The position numbers and the translations under genes were made by a program. The notes under the pieces are model-generated. The model was not told the origin of the DNA and did no database searches. It worked only from the letters and a program-made list of their open reading frames with translations. From Armatimonadota bacterium (GTDB lineage: Bacteria > Armatimonadota > SYMT01): a stretch of 50,699 bases of DNA. Each line of letters opens with the position of its first letter. Position 1 is the first letter of the stretch. The stretch lies in assembly GCA_046292385.1 (NCBI GenBank), contig JBKBRF010000048.1:1-50699 (forward strand), written 5' to 3'. Below are positions 47,516 to 50,699 of the stretch, piece by piece.

Positions 47516-49852
47516 ATGGCGACAGACGAACGAGCTCACGTCTTCGGGATCCGGCACCACGGGCCGGGCTCCGCACGGAGCCTGCTGCGGGCCCTGGAAG
47601 TGCTGCAGCCGGACCTGGTGCTGGTAGAAGGGCCGCCCGACGCCGCGCCGGTCCTCTCCCTGGCGGCGCACCCGGAGATGCGACCGCCGGTGTCGCTGCT
47701 CGTCTACGCGGCCGACACGCCGCGGCAGGCGGTCCACTACCCGTTCGCGGAGCTTTCCCCGGAGTGGCAGGCGCTCCGCTTCGCGCTCGCCCGCGGGATC
47801 GAGGTGCGGTTCATCGATCTCCCGCAGGCGCATCGCCTGGCGCTGGAGATGCCGCCCGCTCCCCCGGAAGCCGGCCCAACCAATGCAGAGGCTCCCCCAG
47901 AGTCCGCAGTGGACGAGCCGCCGGCGGTCGAGGAGGCGGAGGAGATCCGGGACGACGTGCTCGATCCCGCGCGGGCGGTGCGCCGGGACCCGATCGGGTG
48001 GCTGGCACGGGCGGCCGGCTACTCCGACGGCGAGCGCTGGTGGGACCTGGCCGTGGAGCAGCGGCGGGACGGTGAGGAGCTGTTCGCCGCGGTGCGAGAG
48101 GGGATGACCGCCCTCCGCGAGGCAGTAGAGGCCGACTACCCGCCGTCTACCCCCGAGGAGCAGGAGCACGCGCTGATGGAGGCGCGGCGGGAAGCGTGGA
48201 TGCGCCAGTCGCTGCGCGCGGCGCTGCGGGAGGGGTTTCAGCGGATCGCCGTCGTCTGCGGCGCCTGGCACGTGCCGGCGCTCCAGCCGGGCCTGCCGGT
48301 GAAGAGCGACGCAGAGCTGCTGAAGGGGCTCCCGAAGGTGAAGGTGGCCGCCACCTGGGTGCCCTGGACCCACGGCCGCCTCTGCTACGCCAGCGGCTAC
48401 GGCGCCGGGATCGAGTCGCCCGGATGGTACCTCCACCTCTGGCGCCATCCGGAGCGGACCGCCGTCCGCTGGCTCACCCACGTGGCGCGGCTGCTGCGCG
48501 GGGAAGACCTGGACGCCTCCAGCGCCCACGTGATCGAGGCGGTGCGGCTCGCAGAGACGCTGGCGGCGCTGCGGGGACGGCCGAACGCCGGCCTGGCGGA
48601 GCTGAACGAGGCGGCGCAGGCGGTGCTCTGCTTCGGCGACCTGCTCCCGATGCAGCTCGTCCACCGCAAGCTGATCGTCGGCGAGACGCTGGGCGAGGTG
48701 CCGGAGGAGACCCCTTCCGTCCCGCTGCAGCAGGACCTGCAGCGGGAGCAGCGGCGGCTGCGGCTGAAGCCGGAGGCGGGGGAGCGGACGCTCGACCTCG
48801 ACCTGCGGCGGGAGCTCGACCTCGGCCGCAGCCACCTCCTGCACCGCCTGGAGCTGCTCGGCGTGCCGTGGGGCCGGCCGGAGCGCGCCTACGGCAAGAG
48901 CGGCACCTTCCACGAGCTGTGGCGGCTGCGCTGGGATCCGGACCTCTCCGTGGCCCTGATCGAGGCGGGGGTCTGGGGCAACACGCTGGCCGACGCCGCC
49001 TCCGCCCGGGCGCGCGACGCGGCCGACCGCGCCGCCGACCTCGCCGGGCTCACTTCGCTCCTCGACCGCGCGCTCCTGGCGGAGCTGCCGGAGGCGGTGA
49101 CTTACCTGATGGAGCGGATCCGGGAGCGGTCGGCGGTCGGCGCGGACACCGCCCAGCTCATGAGCGCGCTGCCGCCGCTGGCCCGAGTCCTGCGCTACGG
49201 CAGCGCCCGCCGCACCGACGCGGAAGCGGTGCGGGAGGTGGTAGACGGGCTGGTAGTGCGGATCTGCATCGGCCTGCCGGCTGCCTGCGCCTCTCTGAAC
49301 GACGAGGCGGCGGGCGAGATGCTCCAGCGCCTGGCGGCGGTCCACGAGAGCCTCTCGATCCTCGATCGCCCGGAGCACCTGGAGCCGTGGCACGAGGCGC
49401 TGGCGCGTCTCGCCTCGCAGCAGGGTATCCACGGCCTGCTCGCCGGCCGCTGCTGCCGCCTGCTCCTCGATGCCGGCCGCTTCACCCGGGAAGAGGTGGC
49501 GCGCCGGCTGGGGCTGGGCCTCTCCACCGCGGTCGACCCGACCCAGGGCGCCGCCTGGGTGGAAGGGCTGCTCGCCGGGAGCGGACTGCTCCTGCTCCAC
49601 GACGAGGCGCTCTGGGAGGTGGTCGACTCCTGGGTCACCCGGCTCCGCGAAGACGCCTTCGTGCCGCTCCTGCCGCTGCTGCGCCGCACCTTCTCCACCT
49701 TCGACCCGGCGGAGCGCCGGCAGATCGGGGAGCGGGTCCGCAGCGGCGCCCGGCACCGACCGCGCGCCGGAGCCGCCGGTGTGGAGGAAGCGCGCGCGGA
49801 CCTGGTGCTGCCGATCGTCCGGCAGCTGCTGGGCCTGCCGCAGCCGGCGTAA
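47516..49852 (+). CDS. DUF5682 (YehM-like) family protein
   Basis: FGIRHHGPGSA, LVEGP, PFAELSPEWQA, REAWM, VVCGAWH, GYGAGI.SPGWY, LLRRTFSTF. Confidence 0.88.
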   Translation: MATDERAHVFGIRHHGPGSARSLLRALEVLQPDLVLVEGPPDAAPVLSLAAHPEMRPPVSLLVYAADTPRQAVHYPFAELSPEWQALRFALARGIEVRFIDLPQAHRLALEMPPAPPEAGPTNAEAPPESAVDEPPAVEEAEEIRDDVLDPARAVRRDPIGWLARAAGYSDGERWWDLAVEQRRDGEELFAAVREGMTALREAVEADYPPSTPEEQEHALMEARREAWMRQSLRAALREGFQRIAVVCGAWHVPALQPGLPVKSDAELLKGLPKVKVAATWVPWTHGRLCYASGYGAGIESPGWYLHLWRHPERTAVRWLTHVARLLRGEDLDASSAHVIEAVRLAETLAALRGRPNAGLAELNEAAQAVLCFGDLLPMQLVHRKLIVGETLGEVPEETPSVPLQQDLQREQRRLRLKPEAGERTLDLDLRRELDLGRSHLLHRLELLGVPWGRPERAYGKSGTFHELWRLRWDPDLSVALIEAGVWGNTLADAASARARDAADRAADLAGLTSLLDRALLAELPEAVTYLMERIRERSAVGADTAQLMSALPPLARVLRYGSARRTDAEAVREVVDGLVVRICIGLPAACASLNDEAAGEMLQRLAAVHESLSILDRPEHLEPWHEALARLASQQGIHGLLAGRCCRLLLDAGRFTREEVARRLGLGLSTAVDPTQGAAWVEGLLAGSGLLLLHDEALWEVVDSWVTRLREDAFVPLLPLLRRTFSTFDPAERRQIGERVRSGARHRPRAGAAGVEEARADLVLPIVRQLLGLPQPA

Positions 49853-49935
49853 GCGTCGTTTGGCAGGCCCGGGGAGAGCGGGCGACCGCACCCGAGATGC
49901 GGCCGCCCCGGAAGCACTTTCGCCGGTTCGAAACT

Positions 49936-50343
49936 CTACGCCGCCTGTCGCCCCGCCTCCGCGGTCGCCGCCGCGCTGCCGCCGCTCTTCGCGTGGACGG
50001 CGCTCACGGCCGAGGGCACGTCCTCGTAGATCTTCATGATCGAGTCGAGCCGGGTCAGCCGCAGCATCCGCTGGATGGTGGTGTTCGGCGCCGCCAGGTG
50101 GAGGCCGCCGCCCGTGGGGCGCAGGCGCTTCGTCGCGCCGAGCAGCGTGCCGAAGCCGCTGCTGTCCATGAACGTAACTCCCGAGAGATCGATGATGACG
50201 TCGTTGTTCCCCTCGGAGACCAGGCTCACCACCGCCTGTTTGAAGAGCGGGGCGGTGTAGATATCGATCTCGCCGGAGACGGAGAGGACGGGCAGCCCAT
50301 CGACCCTCTGGACGTTATGGTCTAGTCGTATTGGAGATGGCAT
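49936..50343 (-). CDS. STAS-domain anti-sigma-factor antagonist (RsbV/SpoIIAA-like)
   Basis: GEIDIYTAP, IDLSGVTFMDSSGFG.L, LRLTRL. Confidence 0.92.
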   Translation of the reverse strand: MPSPIRLDHNVQRVDGLPVLSVSGEIDIYTAPLFKQAVVSLVSEGNNDVIIDLSGVTFMDSSGFGTLLGATKRLRPTGGGLHLAAPNTTIQRMLRLTRLDSIMKIYEDVPSAVSAVHAKSGGSAAATAEAGRQAA

Positions 50344-50459
50344 CGGTCTTCGGTTTCCTTTAGCCGGAGCGCTCCGGCAGCGCGGTTCTGCTTCTCCCGA
50401 GTCTCTGGCACGGCACCGTCACAGCCGGAAACAGCCTCTCAAGACCGGGCACCGGAGGT

Positions 50460-50484
50460 ATACCCACAGGCTTACTTCTTTAAC
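50460..50484 (-). promoter_or_regulatory. SigB-like promoter of the STAS gene
   Basis: GTTAAA-N13-GGGTAT on the minus strand. Confidence 0.5.
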
Positions 50485-50507
50485 TCCCAATCAGCAAGCA
50501 GGGGCCA

Positions 50508-50534
50508 GGTTTCGGTCGCTCTCCCACCGGGTAC
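50508..50534 (+). promoter_or_regulatory. SigB/SigF-like promoter of the edge gene
   Basis: GGTTT-N16-GGGTAC. Confidence 0.5.
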
Positions 50535-50579
50535 AGGCCGGGTAATCGACACTCGTCAGTCGGGTTGGGAGGCCCCACG

Positions 50580-50699
50580 ATGTACCAAGAGAGCCCCGAA
50601 TCCTGGACCGACACCCTGTTCTGGGGCGTCACGATCGTGATCGCGCTGCTGGTGATCGGCATGCCGATGGCAGTCTACTTCCACTGGCTGCCGCTGCCG
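50580..50699 (+). CDS. 5' part of a membrane protein, truncated by the window edge
   Basis: GGAGG RBS; MYQESPESWTDTLFWGVTIVIALLVIGMPMAVYFHWLPLP with one TM. Confidence 0.65.
   Translation, partial: MYQESPESWTDTLFWGVTIVIALLVIGMPMAVYFHWLPLP

Noticed and set aside
46730..49891. 1053-aa minus-strand ORF and other long antisense ORFs (7386..9764, 19399..22137, 33440..35794, 1644..3734)
   Set aside because: They mirror well-supported genes on the opposite strand, have no motifs, and are expected in high-GC DNA.

Overview
High-GC bacterial chromosomal window with no rRNA, tRNA, CRISPR array, transposase or prophage seen; the gene mix suggests a Terrabacteria lineage such as Armatimonadota (inference only). 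Housekeeping genes: oxidoreductase, D-aminoacylase, pyc, queD, gltB/gltD, trpF, YabN-type mazG. Signalling genes: two hybrid histidine kinases, a bphO-bphP bacteriophytochrome operon, an ECF sigma factor, a STAS protein and a cyclase-STAND-TPR protein. Stress genes: prkA-yhbH-spoVR and an ElaB/YqjD-like operon. The most unusual locus is a three-gene unit at 46.2-47.5 kb with its own promoter and terminator, whose products (including a 50-aa peptide missing from the ORF track) all begin MPE(F/Y)IPET plus a Pro-rich linker; it follows the cyclase-STAND-TPR gene. Also notable: an ANTAR-type dual hairpin and terminator in the gltB leader; a toxin-antitoxin pair inside gltBD whose toxin has compensating frameshifts; one in-frame amber codon in the phytochrome-linked kinase; four SigB/SigF-like promoters; and intergenic regions filled with REP-like and short tandem repeats. 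All family calls come from motif recognition by eye, not database searches.
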